Shown in pieces: positions 36,832-49,200 of a DNA stretch of 64,000 nt. Each line of letters starts with the position of its first letter. Within the stretch, counting starts at the first letter, position 1. The notes under the pieces are model-generated. The model made no database searches. It saw only the letters and a list, made by a program, of their open reading frames with translations, and was not told where the DNA came from. Both the position numbers and the translations under genes were made by a program. Source of the stretch: Candidatus Poribacteria bacterium (GTDB lineage: Bacteria > Poribacteria > WGA-4E > PCPOR2b); the NCBI GenBank assembly GCA_965208675.1, contig OZ242351.1, positions 2,336,001 through 2,400,000 of the forward strand, given 5' to 3'.

Positions 36832-39435
36832 TTAATTCTGAGAAGAACGCCTAAAATCAATCCGGCGAAGAGCAATATCAAGAAGCAGCAGAAACGCAGC
36901 GATAGCAAGTAGAATACGCCAAAGATGAATTCGAATTATAACCGGATTTTCGGGTGCGCGAAACACATCTTCAGGCGAGGGCGCGAATTTTCCGCCCGAA
37001 GCCGCGGCAAGTTGCTTTAAGAGCGATTCGTTTGCCGTGTGCACAAGGTACTCTTCAGGATATGAGACGACTGTGCCGGTGACTTGGGTGTTGACGGGTT
37101 CACCATGCTGCTTCTGCATGATGTTGATGAAATACGCTCCCATATCGTTCACCGGAAAAGAGAGTTTATATTGCCCCGGCGCCGATTGCGCCATTGCAAG
37201 GGGTTTCTTCTTTAGGTTAGGTGAAATGAGGGAGACTTCGTTTTCGAGTTCGTTGAGAAATTCACCCTCCGCGTTAAGCGCGTCCACAGTCAAGAAAGCC
37301 GCGCCCTTGTCTTGTTCAATGTCTGCCTGGAAGTTGCTGGCAGTGGATTTTCGCATGGTATCGCGCACCAATTGAGTCCAGAATTTTCCGTAGCCGGGCC
37401 ACTCTAGCCAATCTGTTGCCCATCTCGCCTTTGCATCAGATGTAAACGCAACAGATCTGCCCAAGCCGTATTGCCATCCCGCTAGAATCGGATCGCCCCG
37501 GTCTGAAACCAAGTAGACTTCGGCTGTTGGCCGCGGGTGTGTGGAAACGTAACCGAGCAAAAACGGCGCCAAATCTAGGTCAATGCCTTGCAAGACCTGC
37601 GCGAATTTAACAACCTGCGGGACAAACGGCTCGTCAATAATTGCGGACTTTGAAGCGGTGACGGTCTCCTTAGCGAATATTTGGGGGATGCTGTAGGCGT
37701 CCTGCGTAAAGTAAGCTCGCCCGTTGCCCCAATTTGCGATGTTTGACATCAAGTTCATATCGGCGCCACTGCCGATGCCCACAGTCGAAACCGTGATCCG
37801 CTCGCCCCGCATCGAATTCACAATACCGTACCAATCGCCCGGCTGCGATAGTCCGTCGCTGAGGACGATGACATGTTTAAGTTTTGCCCTAGTCTCGGTC
37901 AGCGCGAGATACGCCTGTTGAAGTGCGGGATAGAGATTGGTACCACCATTCGCGCGTATTAATCCGATTTGGTCGGAGAGATAGAATTTGTCTGCTGCCG
38001 TGTGCATCTCGGCGATCCAGTGCGGAGACCCATCAAAGGCGATAACTCCAAGTTTATCGCGACGCCCAAGCAGTTCGACCGTAGCGCGAGCTGCTTCTTT
38101 TGCCAGTTCAATCTTTATCCCCGACATGCTTCCTGATTTGTCAATTACCAGCACCATTCCAATGCTCGGAGTCTCCTTCTTCTTTTCTGTGTCGGTACGC
38201 ACCGGTAGAATCTCCTCAATCGGTGTTTTGTAGTAGCCCCCAAGCCCAAAGCTATTTTCGCTTCCTAACATCATGAACCCTCCGCCAAGGTCTTGAACAA
38301 ATGTGCGGATGAGCTCCATCTGTTTCCGATTTAATCGGTTGGCGGGCACGTCACTAAAGAGCAGCAGGTCATAATTCTGAAGGTCAGACAGCTCATTGGG
38401 AACCCCTAAACCGTTTCGGACATTGACTTGAATGTCTACCTCCTCAAGTACGCGCACTAGATGCCGCGCTTGTGACTCGTTCTCATCAATTACCAACACC
38501 TTCGGTGTGCCAGAAACAACAACAATTCCGAGTGCGTGGTTGTTATCGTAGCGTGTGTCCTGAGTCGAGCGGCAACTCGCGTCGAAAGTTAACATTCCGC
38601 TTTCAGTCGCGGTTTGATCGAAACTGAATCGGTTTTCACCCACCTGCAGGGGTACCTCTCTTTTGGCAATCTCGAACTTGTTTTTGTGTAGGCGAATCAC
38701 CGCAAAGTCCTCATGTTTGCTGTGGATATAGACTTCCAATTGGAATGGTTCGCCCTGCTTGACCTGCACCGGCGCATCAAGCCGCTTCATCACGACTTCC
38801 GGCGCATCGCTCGGGTAAATCGGCACGGCATCAAGTTGTACGCCGAAGGTTTTTCCGCGTAACCCTGCCCGAATTCCATTACCCCGGGTTTCTGTACCGT
38901 CGCTAATTAGGACGATTCGCCTGTTTGTGTCGGCAGGGAAAATTCCCCACGCCATCTCGACAGCTTGAGCGATATCGGTAGCATCTCCTGCACCCTCATC
39001 GGCTGCCAGCCATTCCGCCCGCGTTTCAGCCAGGTTAAACGCTTCATGCGCTTTCGGTTCGTTGTTGGTATCCGTAGAATTTTTATCGGCAAAACCCCGA
39101 ATGACTTGTACGCTGTCAGTAAACACCACAACGCTCGTACTTTCGTCCGCACGGTGTCCTGTCGCTTCATCAATAAATTTTTGCGCTTCTTCCAACCCAT
39201 CGTCCGATATACTGTCTGATATATCTGCGAGGAAAACGACCGCTAGCCTATCGTCAGTCTTTAAGAATTGGAGTCCAGCGAGGCTAAGGATGAGCAGGAT
39301 AATAATGATACAACGCAGAACAAAGCTGACTCGACGCTGCCAGCGTCCTAGATCGACGAGGCTACGGCGGTGACCGAAGTAAAGCAGAGGCAATAGAAGC
39401 AGTAAGAAGAGTAGGTAGGGGCGTGCAATTTCCAT
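36832..39435 (-). CDS. Membrane-anchored protein with two vWA domains and a GATase-like domain
   Basis: MIDAS-like DISDS and DKSGS, IVLISDG, VIVLSDG, YDLLLFSDV, GGGFMMLG, WQYGLGRSVAFTSD, N- and C-terminal TM helices. Confidence 0.88.
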   Translation of the reverse strand: MEIARPYLLFLLLLLPLLYFGHRRSLVDLGRWQRRVSFVLRCIIIILLILSLAGLQFLKTDDRLAVVFLADISDSISDDGLEEAQKFIDEATGHRADESTSVVVFTDSVQVIRGFADKNSTDTNNEPKAHEAFNLAETRAEWLAADEGAGDATDIAQAVEMAWGIFPADTNRRIVLISDGTETRGNGIRAGLRGKTFGVQLDAVPIYPSDAPEVVMKRLDAPVQVKQGEPFQLEVYIHSKHEDFAVIRLHKNKFEIAKREVPLQVGENRFSFDQTATESGMLTFDASCRSTQDTRYDNNHALGIVVVSGTPKVLVIDENESQARHLVRVLEEVDIQVNVRNGLGVPNELSDLQNYDLLLFSDVPANRLNRKQMELIRTFVQDLGGGFMMLGSENSFGLGGYYKTPIEEILPVRTDTEKKKETPSIGMVLVIDKSGSMSGIKIELAKEAARATVELLGRRDKLGVIAFDGSPHWIAEMHTAADKFYLSDQIGLIRANGGTNLYPALQQAYLALTETRAKLKHVIVLSDGLSQPGDWYGIVNSMRGERITVSTVGIGSGADMNLMSNIANWGNGRAYFTQDAYSIPQIFAKETVTASKSAIIDEPFVPQVVKFAQVLQGIDLDLAPFLLGYVSTHPRPTAEVYLVSDRGDPILAGWQYGLGRSVAFTSDAKARWATDWLEWPGYGKFWTQLVRDTMRKSTASNFQADIEQDKGAAFLTVDALNAEGEFLNELENEVSLISPNLKKKPLAMAQSAPGQYKLSFPVNDMGAYFINIMQKQHGEPVNTQVTGTVVSYPEEYLVHTANESLLKQLAAASGGKFAPSPEDVFRAPENPVIIRIHLWRILLAIAAFLLLLDIALRRIDFRRSSQN

Positions 39436-39670
39436 GGTAGTCAGTTGGTTTCCATTGATTTAGAAACCGTTCGACAGCACTTAAGTGAACTGCGAAATTT
39501 GCAGGGTATAGCTACGGCGGAAAATTCAAAAGCGCAGCGCACTTTAATCCACCATCTTATTCGCGCAATAGCCTCCCTGCCTCTTCAGCCGTCTGATTTG
39601 CGATTTAAACACGACGGTCAGGTTAACTGCCGAGGCGTACTTGCTATTGCTCCCCAAATGCTGGAAAGAA

Positions 39671-40018
39671 TCATTTATGAATGATTTGGTCTTGCAAGGG
39701 AATGATCGTATAAGGAATGCCGTATGCCTCTCCCCTTATTGAACCTTTGGGGAGTTCGTGCGCGTCCGAACGTGGATGCGAAGGATGCATAATGTGCGGC
39801 AAGGTGGGAGATATACTTTGTCCACTTTCAAGTCTACCGACACGTTCTTTAAGAACTTCAAGCTCTTTTTGTAGTCCCTCTATCTGCGACATGAGGTCTT
39901 TTGTTTCCGATTCAGAGGCTTTTTCATTTCCCAATATTGTGGAATTGGATGTAATCAAGAAGACGAAAAATACTATCCCGAGTGCAGCCATAATTGTTAG
40001 TAACCGCCCTGTTTTCAT
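39671..40018 (-). CDS. Small exported coiled-coil protein
   Basis: SD GGAGGGG, N-terminal TM, LMSQIEGLQKELEVLKERVGRLE. Confidence 0.7.
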   Translation of the reverse strand: MKTGRLLTIMAALGIVFFVFLITSNSTILGNEKASESETKDLMSQIEGLQKELEVLKERVGRLESGQSISPTLPHIMHPSHPRSDAHELPKGSIRGEAYGIPYTIIPLQDQIIHK

Positions 40019-40136
40019 GTTATCCCCTCCTTCGGGTTGTTTTTGCGACTCATGAAATCAGCGTCCATTGAGGAACTTTCAACGCCTGAAGTGAAAAGCA
40101 CAATTCATCGCCGATACATTGCGCGCCGCGAGTTTA

Positions 40137-41594
40137 CTATTCCTCATTTGGTTTGATGGACTCGAAATACCGCTTTACGTAGAACTTGTACCCCAACGGA
40201 ATTTGTTCTTGAGCGAGCGCGTCCTCGGAAAACTGCTGGTATTTTGTGTAAGCCTCCTCATAACTTTCCACTGTTTGCGTCCCCGCGGACGCCGGGTCTT
40301 CAGCGATAAGTGTTTGAGTAATCTCTTCGATTGTCGAATTTCCGGCACCTTGTACACCGGTGATTCGCTCTAGTTGACGGTATGCGTCAAGCTCGGTCAA
40401 CGCGCCGAGCGGATTAGAATCTGTCGCGCTACCTATTCCCGGACCAGGTTTATTAGCGCTGCATGCACTAGCTATTCCTATTTTACAAGCCTTACACTGA
40501 GCTTTAAGCTTCGCTAACAACGAGTTACACTTTTTCGTACCTGCACAATCCGACAGTTTTTGAGCGGCAGCTAGCAAATTCTGCCTAGCGCCGTCGGAAT
40601 TTTTCTTTCTTACCGCACGACCTGCTTGAGCCAAGTCAGTTCCCAATGAATCGCACGGCGTCCCCTGCAAACTCGACCCGCCGCGTTCGAGCGCGTCAGA
40701 GACATTTTGGCGTTGTTCCGGGTTGAATGATTTGAGTTTTTGGGAAAACTTGAACAATCTCTCCGCAGACTTTTCATATTGGCCTGACTTTAACGCCTGG
40801 CCGAAGTCGCTCAAATTGGGGTTTTCGGCAAGCTGTTCACCGAGGGACTTCAACAAGGCATCCGTCTTGGCAACGTCCTCAAGATTCATCTGGGATTGCA
40901 GCGCCGCATCAATTTCGGTCAACTTGGCGAGCGCTTCTTTAGGCGTGATGTTTTCTTGCTTTAGTTCAAGGATTCTCTCCTTAATCTCTTTTACCACTTC
41001 TTCCAGACCCGTCTGATCCGCTTCCTCTTCAACCTTTTCAATCTGTTTTAGAAGATGATCGGCTTCTGCGGCTATCTGCGGCGAGAAGTCGAGAGTCGCG
41101 GGCGCCTCGACGGGCGCAAAAAATTCGATGTAAGAAAACGCCAACGCCATAACTATTACCAACGCGGCAAACTTGGTTTCGCGCGGAATCGAATATCGAA
41201 CGACCTCCTTAGCGGGCACTGCTTCCAGACAGTCAGAGGTATCTTTTAGTTGTAGCGCAGTCAACACCTCATCGGTCTGCCGTTGAATAAACTCAAGTCC
41301 GCTCCCCGCGCGATCTTTTAACGCGGCTTTGACATCAATGGTTTGGGCGGCAGCTTGTAGATTGATCGGACGAAATAGGCTTGCAATCAGCCCGATAGCG
41401 GAGATGCCAAGCGAAACCCAAAGTAGGACGATGGGGGATATATCGAACGATGCCATAAAGCTATCGACGATAAACAACGGCACACATAGCATCATACCGC
41501 AAAAAAGAAGCCTTGCCAGCATCTTGAACGTTCTTTGTACGTTCAATCGGCGGCGCACTTTTTGAATCTTTTCGAGAATCAATTCGTCAGGCAT
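40137..41594 (-). CDS. Membrane coiled-coil protein (DUF4175-like, typical of MoxR/vWA clusters)
   Basis: SD AAGGAG before ATG 41594; 3 TM, L..AA..ID....LKDR, C-terminal EQIPLGYK.YVKRYFESI. Confidence 0.78.
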   Translation of the reverse strand: MPDELILEKIQKVRRRLNVQRTFKMLARLLFCGMMLCVPLFIVDSFMASFDISPIVLLWVSLGISAIGLIASLFRPINLQAAAQTIDVKAALKDRAGSGLEFIQRQTDEVLTALQLKDTSDCLEAVPAKEVVRYSIPRETKFAALVIVMALAFSYIEFFAPVEAPATLDFSPQIAAEADHLLKQIEKVEEEADQTGLEEVVKEIKERILELKQENITPKEALAKLTEIDAALQSQMNLEDVAKTDALLKSLGEQLAENPNLSDFGQALKSGQYEKSAERLFKFSQKLKSFNPEQRQNVSDALERGGSSLQGTPCDSLGTDLAQAGRAVRKKNSDGARQNLLAAAQKLSDCAGTKKCNSLLAKLKAQCKACKIGIASACSANKPGPGIGSATDSNPLGALTELDAYRQLERITGVQGAGNSTIEEITQTLIAEDPASAGTQTVESYEEAYTKYQQFSEDALAQEQIPLGYKFYVKRYFESIKPNEE

Positions 41595-41687
41595 TTTGCT
41601 CTCCTTGTGGTTTTTACCGCGTGTTAAGGGGATACGTCCAACTGCTAAAGTGGTGGAGCACAATCCGGTATAGGAATCATAACGTTA

Positions 41688-41716
41688 AAAATACCATTCA
41701 CACGCAATCTTGTCAA
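41688..41716 (-). promoter_or_regulatory. sigma70-like promoter for the coiled-coil/vWA genes
   Basis: TTGACA-N17-TATTTT. Confidence 0.45.
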
Positions 41717-41765
41717 ACAGAATTTTAGCGCTTGAAATTAGGCGGAAACGACAACCCGCATTCGC

Positions 41766-43229
41766 CTATTTCTGCGAATCTTGCACATCTTGTGAAAGTA
41801 TGGGTTTCATATCAATATCGATATTAGAAGTTGTTTCACCGGGCCGCACCTGAGTTTTGGCAGCTACGCGAGAGTAGGGAAATTTAGAAACAACAACCTC
41901 GAATTCACCGACGGGGACACTGTTCACGGTATAGTTGCCGGAATCATCTGAAGATGTTTCAAGTCCGAAAGAATAGCCATCTCTACGAATTTCGACTTTT
42001 GCACCGGCGATTGGCGTTTGATTCTCGGCGTCTCTGATTACCCCGGAAATCCTGCCATATGGAAACACATCTATCCAACCTGATTGTGCTTCTACAGCAA
42101 TCTCTGTATCGTCTGGCGCAAACAGGCGGAGGTTTTGTAAACGCACCGTGCTTCCGCCAGCTGCTACCGGTTTGAAGGTCACAACAACAAGCGGCCCAAT
42201 GTCTGTTTCGGCACCATCTTCTCCGGTCCGGCGGCTTGTGATGCCCGCGATGAGTCCATCCTCATTGTTTATCAATGGGGGGTTCCAAATTGTTGCCGCG
42301 CCGTCATGTTTCAAAAAAGACCCTTCTCCAATGTTGATTGCTTGTAGAATTGAGGGTTCGAAAGCCATGTCGAAACTGAATCCTTGAAGTTTTTCACCCG
42401 GCAGTCGAGCGGACACAGTTATGGGAACGGAGGCGGTATCAGGATTAGCTACGGTCTTTCCAACACTTACGTTTTTGACGAATGCACGGTTGATTCCTCC
42501 CATTAACGTTCTGATTTCTTTCTCGCTCAATGCGGTGTTGAAGACCGCTAATTCGTCGATTAATCCGTCAAAGGAGTACTTCAATCTCCCGCCGACATGT
42601 AAGTCCGCGATTCGTGGAGAAAATCGACTTGCGCCATTTGTTGATGCAACCTCTGAGCCGTTTCTGAAAATTTTCATGAAATTTCCCGGTATGCTGTACG
42701 TAAATGCCCAGTGTTCCCATTTACCGACGGAACCCAGAGGGCGATCCACTGTGACTTGATCCCAACCATACTGCCAGTGGATGGTGTCATAGAACGGGGC
42801 TTCGCTCCAGGGAAAGTGGATGGCGCAACGATCCATTAGCATCCCTGAAGCCGGACCAGTACTGTTAAGAGGAACTAGGCATACAAGGTCCTGGTTCTTA
42901 ACTTTTCCTAGCTTTATCCATGCCATAATGGTCACTTCCTCACTCGGAAGCGCCTCTCCAAATCGAGGTATTTCGACGACATCGCCAGTCCCGTTAAACT
43001 CCAACGCCGTGCCAAACTTTCCTGTAACCCATTGCGGCTCGCCAGTGAACTGCCCATTATGGCCGCGCCCCGATGTATCTGCAGTGACTTTGCCCTCGCC
43101 ATCATCGAATAGCCAGATTCCTACTGCTGTATCTAAATCGACGGAAGCGGCGTGAACATCCAGATAGATTAATCTACCTCCCAAGAGACCAACAAGTACA
43201 AGCGTAAGTAATACCGTTATTGCTTTCAT
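41766..43229 (-). CDS. Secreted LamG + cohesin + carboxypeptidase-regulatory-like domain protein
   Basis: GIWLFDDGEG, GKFGTALEFNG, FDGLIDELAVFN; LQGFSFDMAFEP.ILQA...EGSFL (cohesin-like); GRISGVIRDA....PIAGAKV...SDDSGNYTV..VPVG. Confidence 0.82.
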   Translation of the reverse strand: MKAITVLLTLVLVGLLGGRLIYLDVHAASVDLDTAVGIWLFDDGEGKVTADTSGRGHNGQFTGEPQWVTGKFGTALEFNGTGDVVEIPRFGEALPSEEVTIMAWIKLGKVKNQDLVCLVPLNSTGPASGMLMDRCAIHFPWSEAPFYDTIHWQYGWDQVTVDRPLGSVGKWEHWAFTYSIPGNFMKIFRNGSEVASTNGASRFSPRIADLHVGGRLKYSFDGLIDELAVFNTALSEKEIRTLMGGINRAFVKNVSVGKTVANPDTASVPITVSARLPGEKLQGFSFDMAFEPSILQAINIGEGSFLKHDGAATIWNPPLINNEDGLIAGITSRRTGEDGAETDIGPLVVVTFKPVAAGGSTVRLQNLRLFAPDDTEIAVEAQSGWIDVFPYGRISGVIRDAENQTPIAGAKVEIRRDGYSFGLETSSDDSGNYTVNSVPVGEFEVVVSKFPYSRVAAKTQVRPGETTSNIDIDMKPILSQDVQDSQK

Positions 43230-43297
43230 GAATTCCTCCAGTGTTGCCTAGCTAGCTGCTTCTGGTTGTTAAGAAATACCACAAGGCATCATTAACG

Positions 43298-46200
43298 CTA
43301 TTCGGCAAGGATAGTCTTGATATCCTCCATGAACACCGACTGATCCGTGAACCCTTTATATTGCTTAACAACTATTCCATCCCTATTGATTAGGAAAGTT
43401 GATGGGAGAGAAGCCAATCCGCCGAGTTGCGCCGCCGAATCTTCGCCCACCATTAGGTTCGGATAGGCAACTCCATGTTCTTCAACGAACGACTTGACGA
43501 CATCTTCCCCTTCTCGGTCAACCGAAACGCCTACAACTACAAGCCCTTCAGGTTCGTGTTGTTCTTGCAACGCGAGAAGCTCTGGAATCCCACGTACGCT
43601 TGGAGGGCACCATGTCGCCCAGAAGTTGAGAAGGACAACCTTTCCATTGAAATCAGAAAGCGCAATTCCCTCTCCATTAAGACTGTAAAACATAATTGAA
43701 GACACAGGATTGCCTACGATATTTGCTTGGCTTTTTTGCGCGGCTGCTTCGTAAAGGTCCCAAAGTCCCTTAAGCGCGGCATTTTTCTCCGTGGGAGAAG
43801 TGGCATGCTTGGCATCTGTTCGGAGCATTGAGACAACGTCAACGTCGATTTTTCCGAGTCGCTTATAATAGCCAGATAATAACAAGACCAAACCATGCCG
43901 CAATTGTCGATTCGTCGACGACTGAATCAGTTCCTTTACCTTTTCGGGCTCCCGATTTAACACGTACGCTTTCCCCAATATGGTTTTGTTTTTTGGACTT
44001 GCCTCGAGTTGTAGCGTAAGTTCCGCCAATTCAATCGCCTTTCCGGGTAGCGCCTGTTTTGCTAGTAGTTTGGATACGAGTTCGCCATACCCCCAATTGC
44101 GTCCACGCCAATCCTGCATTTTGTCAAGAAGTCCTTGCCGGCGCGCTACCCATTGGGCGTACGCAGCATCCGACTTATCGGGATTGCCGATTTCTTTGTA
44201 GGCGTCACCGAGTACCTCGTGCGGCGTTGGGCTGTCCGGTAACTCTGTTGCAAGCATTTCAAGCGTAGCAACCCCTTCCGTCGAGCGGCCTTGCGATTTG
44301 TAAACATTCCACAATAATGGGAGCAATGTTTGGCGTTCCCATTCATTCTCAACGGAACGCGATGCGATAAGCAATTCGGCGATAGCGGCGTCATATTCTC
44401 CGCTGCGTGTATGCAGGTCGATTAGCGCGCGTCGTCTATGCGCGCGATCGCGACCCGTATCAGCAAGCTCTATGAGCCGCTTGTACATATTTTTCGCCTT
44501 CTCAGGGCCAGCGGTAACGTAAAGATTTGCTAGAGGCGCCATAATTACTGTGCTATCGGGATTCAACTCGCTAGCGCGTTCGTAAGCGGAAATCGCTTCG
44601 TCGGGCATTTCGTTCCATTCATATGATTGCGCCAGTGCGAAATGCGTGTCGGGATCGTCTGGACTGTCCGCAACTGCTTGAGTCCGCTCTGCAATCAATT
44701 CGTCATACATATCTCCCTCTTTGTACGTCCGTTGAATTGATGCTTCGGCGACTTTTCGCTGGCCGTCATCTTGGGCAACGTTCGCCATCTGTTGATAAGC
44801 ATGGACGGCTTCTTTGAAACGCTTTGCGCCAACGTAGCTTCTCCCGAGCATATCGTACAAACGCTCCTTATCCCAAGGGCTGTGCCATCTTATCGCCGCA
44901 ATTGCGTCTTCGACGAGTTTGATTGCTTCATCGTACATCTCACCATCAAGACAGATAGACCCCACTGCAGCGAGGAACCACATGTCCTGATTGCGGTTAC
45001 TAGCCGAAAGGGCAATCTCGCCTTGATTAAGGAGGTCTTTCGCCAATTGAGGCTGATCACTCTTGTTGTAAGCGGCGGCGGCGTAATAATGACTGCGGAC
45101 GTTGCCGGGTTGTATTTCGCATAGGGTTTGATACATTTCAGCAGCCTGCTTGAAGTCGTTTTTGTTTCGATGAATTTCAGCGAGCATTTCGACTACAGCC
45201 GGGTTATCCGCTTCTGTTTCCATTCTCTTCTCAAAGCGGTTCATCAATTGCTCGAGCTTCCCTTGACTCGTATAAGCACGAATTAGCGTCTCGCGTGCTT
45301 CATCTCCACCAAATTGGATTTTGAAACCGGAGGAACTGTGACTGATTGACATACCTCCCATTGCGCTGGAACGAGACAGCGTTTCGTAGAGTTCTAACGC
45401 TTGGTCATGCTCTTCGAGCTGCACATAAACCTGCACGAGTTCGCTGGATACCTGATTCCGCTCCCAGCTTTGGGATGTCATATCGAGCGCTTTCTTTAGT
45501 GCACCGACAGCTTCTTCCAATTTGCCATCCTGCCGAAAACGTCGAGCGCGCTCTTGTTGCATCTCGAACGTAAGCGTGCCTTCCTCTTCCGCTTTTTGAA
45601 GCATCTCATCTAACTTGCCCTGACGCCGGTAAACGCCCATTATCTGCCGTTCAATATCGCGTCGTTCCCATTCTCGCCCAGTGTATTGAATGGCATCTTC
45701 AAACGCCTTTTCGGCAGAATCCAGGTCATTTTTGCGGAGATAAAGTTGCGCCAATTCACGGTAGGCCTGTCCATCGCCCGGTCCAAATTCAATCGCTTGC
45801 TTGAAGGCTTCGATGGCGTCGTCAATGCTATTTTCAGCCGCATAGACTCGTGCGAGGCGGATATAGTGGACACCGCTATCCGCCTCGCCTTCAATGTATT
45901 TCTGAGCAAGGTCAAGCGCTTCCGGCAGCCTGCCTGCCTCACGCAAAGAGTTGACAATGCCGTCCTGATATTTGGTGTTTTCCGGGTCGGCCGCGAGCAA
46001 TGCTTGCCAAGTGCTAATTGCCATTTCGTGTTTTTTTTGGCGTGAATAGATTGTAGCGAGTTGCGCACGCGATTCTAGGTCTTCCGGCATGACTTCAGAA
46101 ATTTTTTCATATATTTCCACCGCTTTTGTGAGTTCGTTCTGATGCATGTACTGTTGCGCCAACATCCGCTGCATGCCGAGATTTGTCCCTGCCATCTCTT

Positions 46201-49200
46201 CCAACTTTTCAGGAAGCCGCGTCGTAGTCTGGAGTCCGCCTTTACGGGATTTAACCTCCATCAATCGTTGCTGCGCTTGCTCTCTTGCCCATTGATCTGC
46301 GGACAAATCGTTCACAACTTCAGTGTACGTGGCTTCCGCGTCCTCCCACATTTCGTGTTGCATGTAAACCGAGGCAATTTCCTGTTTCTGCCAGTAACCT
46401 CCGCCGCTGCCGCCAAACATCATCAGGCGAACCATCCCCATCTTTCGGAATGCGTCCTGTGCGTGCTCTTTCTCACCATTGTGGGCGTAGGCTGCGCCGA
46501 GTTTTTGGAAAATTTCCGATAGCTCCCACGTGTTCTGCGAATCAAGATTCTCGGCGGCGGATTTTAGCAGACGAAGTTCACGGGTGCGGTCGCCCGCGCC
46601 ACGATAAGCATCTGCCAAACTACCAATACGCTGTGCGTCCACTGACACAACCTCATCGTCAAGAAGTTGCGCAACAAGCGGGTCCGACCCGTCAAGGTCG
46701 TGCGCCGCAATTTTCATTGACGCAACCAAATAGAGCAGCGACGGGTCACTCGGCTTCTCAGCGAGTTTAGCTTCATATTCCTCTAACAAACTCTGTATGT
46801 TGCCGGATGCCTTGTAGAGTTCAGTAAGTTTGGATACAATTCCCACTTGTTGATAGGAATTCTGCGAAATTTTAGTCGAATCAGTTCTTAATTTTTCTCG
46901 CAAAAAATCAATAGCTTTCTCTCGTTCGCCAGCAGCCGCATAGGCAGATGCTAGGTTAGTATAGGTGCCATGTTCATCCGGCAGAATCTCATACATCTTC
47001 TCGTAAATTTGAACGGCGGCTTGGGCATGGTTATTCTGGAGACACTGCTCGGCCACGTTTTGGGCAAAATAGTTAACGTGAGTACCTCCTACAGATGGCG
47101 CAATCATATCTTTTGCCATCGAAACCAATTCATCGACTTTACCCGCTTGGAAGAAGGTTTCCACCATCTCCCAGTAGTCGTAGCCGAGTGCATTTGGATT
47201 ATGTTTTAGAAGTGCCGTGTATTGAGTCACAGCATCTGCCGCGTGTCCGCTCCGCTGTAACATCTGGGCGTACCGCTGACGGGTCATACTGTCTTTTGGA
47301 CGAAGCGCGAGCGCCGCATCGAATGCCGCCGAGGCCTTCTTGACCTGATTTGTGCTTTCGTAATATGACGCCAACCGCACCTGCGCTTGGAATGAATCCG
47401 GATTCTTTTCAGCGGCTTCGACCAATTGCGGTTCCTGCTTGCGAACCGTTCTGGATCGACTCACCAGATGCGCCGCCTGTTGGAAACTCCACGAGTGCAA
47501 GGTATGACCATAGCGGTCGCGTTGGTTAGCGAACCGCAGCGCGCGTTCAGCCATGAGCGTGGCATCCTGTCCCCGACCGAGGTCCTCTAAATGCGAACTC
47601 AATTCCATCAAGAAATTTGGGTCGCGTTGACCCATCGCCAACGTCATCACTTTCTTGGCAACAACGATGGCGTATTGGGTTAAGCCGGTCTGCTGCAGTT
47701 TCTGGGAAAACTTGTAAAGTTCGCGGACCCCCACCGGTGAATTTAACACCTTCGTCATCAGCTCCCGTACTTTGACGGTGTTGCCGGTATGAGCGGCAAG
47801 CTGAAGCGACAGGTCATAGTATTGACGGCGATTTCGCGGATCGGCCCCGGCGAGCGCATCAAGTAATTCTAAAGCGGTCGCATGCTGTCCAGTTTGAATT
47901 GAGGCAAATACCGTGTTTATCTTAAGCGTGAGGTCTTCCGGAAACTCCTTTTGTAACGCTGAGAGAAATTCCTGAGATTTGTCCCGGTTCCCACCCCACC
48001 AATAGCAGTAGCTCAATGCCAAACCGGGAAAGACGCGGTCCCCTCCTTTAGCGGCATCCAGTTTGCTCTGGAGGTTTGCGAAAAACATTTCCTGTTGATC
48101 CCTCATCCAAAATTCGCTGAAGATCTGTTGGAGATACTGCAATCGGGTCTGATCGTAGTAAGTCGTCGGCGATGGGTAGCTGGACTGAATGGGTGTGTAA
48201 CCACTGTAGGATTGGGACGAATATGCAAGTGTCACAACTTTTCGGGCATTCGTGACGTTCGGCTTGGTTCTGTCAAAAAATCTCCAGAAGAGTTCAATAC
48301 CTTTGTCTGTATCTCCTTCGCGGACATAAGCGTTGGCGAGTGACTGATAAATGCGAACATACCGCCACCACTGTTGCTGTGCGAACGATTGCCCGAACAC
48401 CATCTGGGAAGGTGCGGACGGTGCGGGCGACGCAGGGATTTGAAGTTGGGCGAGGAGATTCTCGGCCGCTTCAACTCTTCCCAGTCGCGCAAACATGGAG
48501 ACGAGCTCCGAACCGGTATTTACATCGGTCACGTTTGCCGTCTCAAGAGTGTCCGCCACCCGTTCAGCCTCCGCCTTTCGCCCTTGATTATAGAGCATAC
48601 CAACGAATGTTGCAGTGAACCAAAGCCGCGCATCGTGCGACAATCCTTTTATTTCATCAAGACGTTTCTTGTAGTTTTCAGGTTTGGAGTCTTGCTGAAT
48701 AGAATGATACAATCGCAACGCTTGGTACACCTGGTCATTAGGTGACGCACCTATCAGCCGTTCAGTAACCTCGACTACCTTGTCAGTATCCTTAGTCAAT
48801 GTGTAGAGTTGCGCTAACATTTCCAAGGTCTGAATGTCCTTCGGATTTGCCTGCGCGTCCGCTTCAAATTGCTGGATTAGTTCGTCCAGTTTGCCCTGCT
48901 GTTGTGCAATTGTTGTCAACTGAACCAATGCCCCGGCTTGGGCTTCTTCAAAACTGTTGGGCAACCACTTTTGTCCGCTGTGACCTCCATATGCCTGGTC
49001 CCGTATCCGCCAAACTAGTTCTTCAACACGGCTAAATCTGCGGAGGTTGATTCCGGGAGGCCCGTACCTGTGGGCAGTCGAACGCGCTTTAGCAGTCTGA
49101 GTTACGTTTGCTTGAGGTTTCGGCATCTTCAGAAGCCGCAGGAAGTGCGGTCGCGCCCGGTCTAATTCATTCATTTCAACCAAAGCCGATCCGACTTGGT

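Noticed and set aside
43598-43609. Selenocysteine in the redoxin motif
   Set aside because: The codon is AGC (Ser), not TGA.
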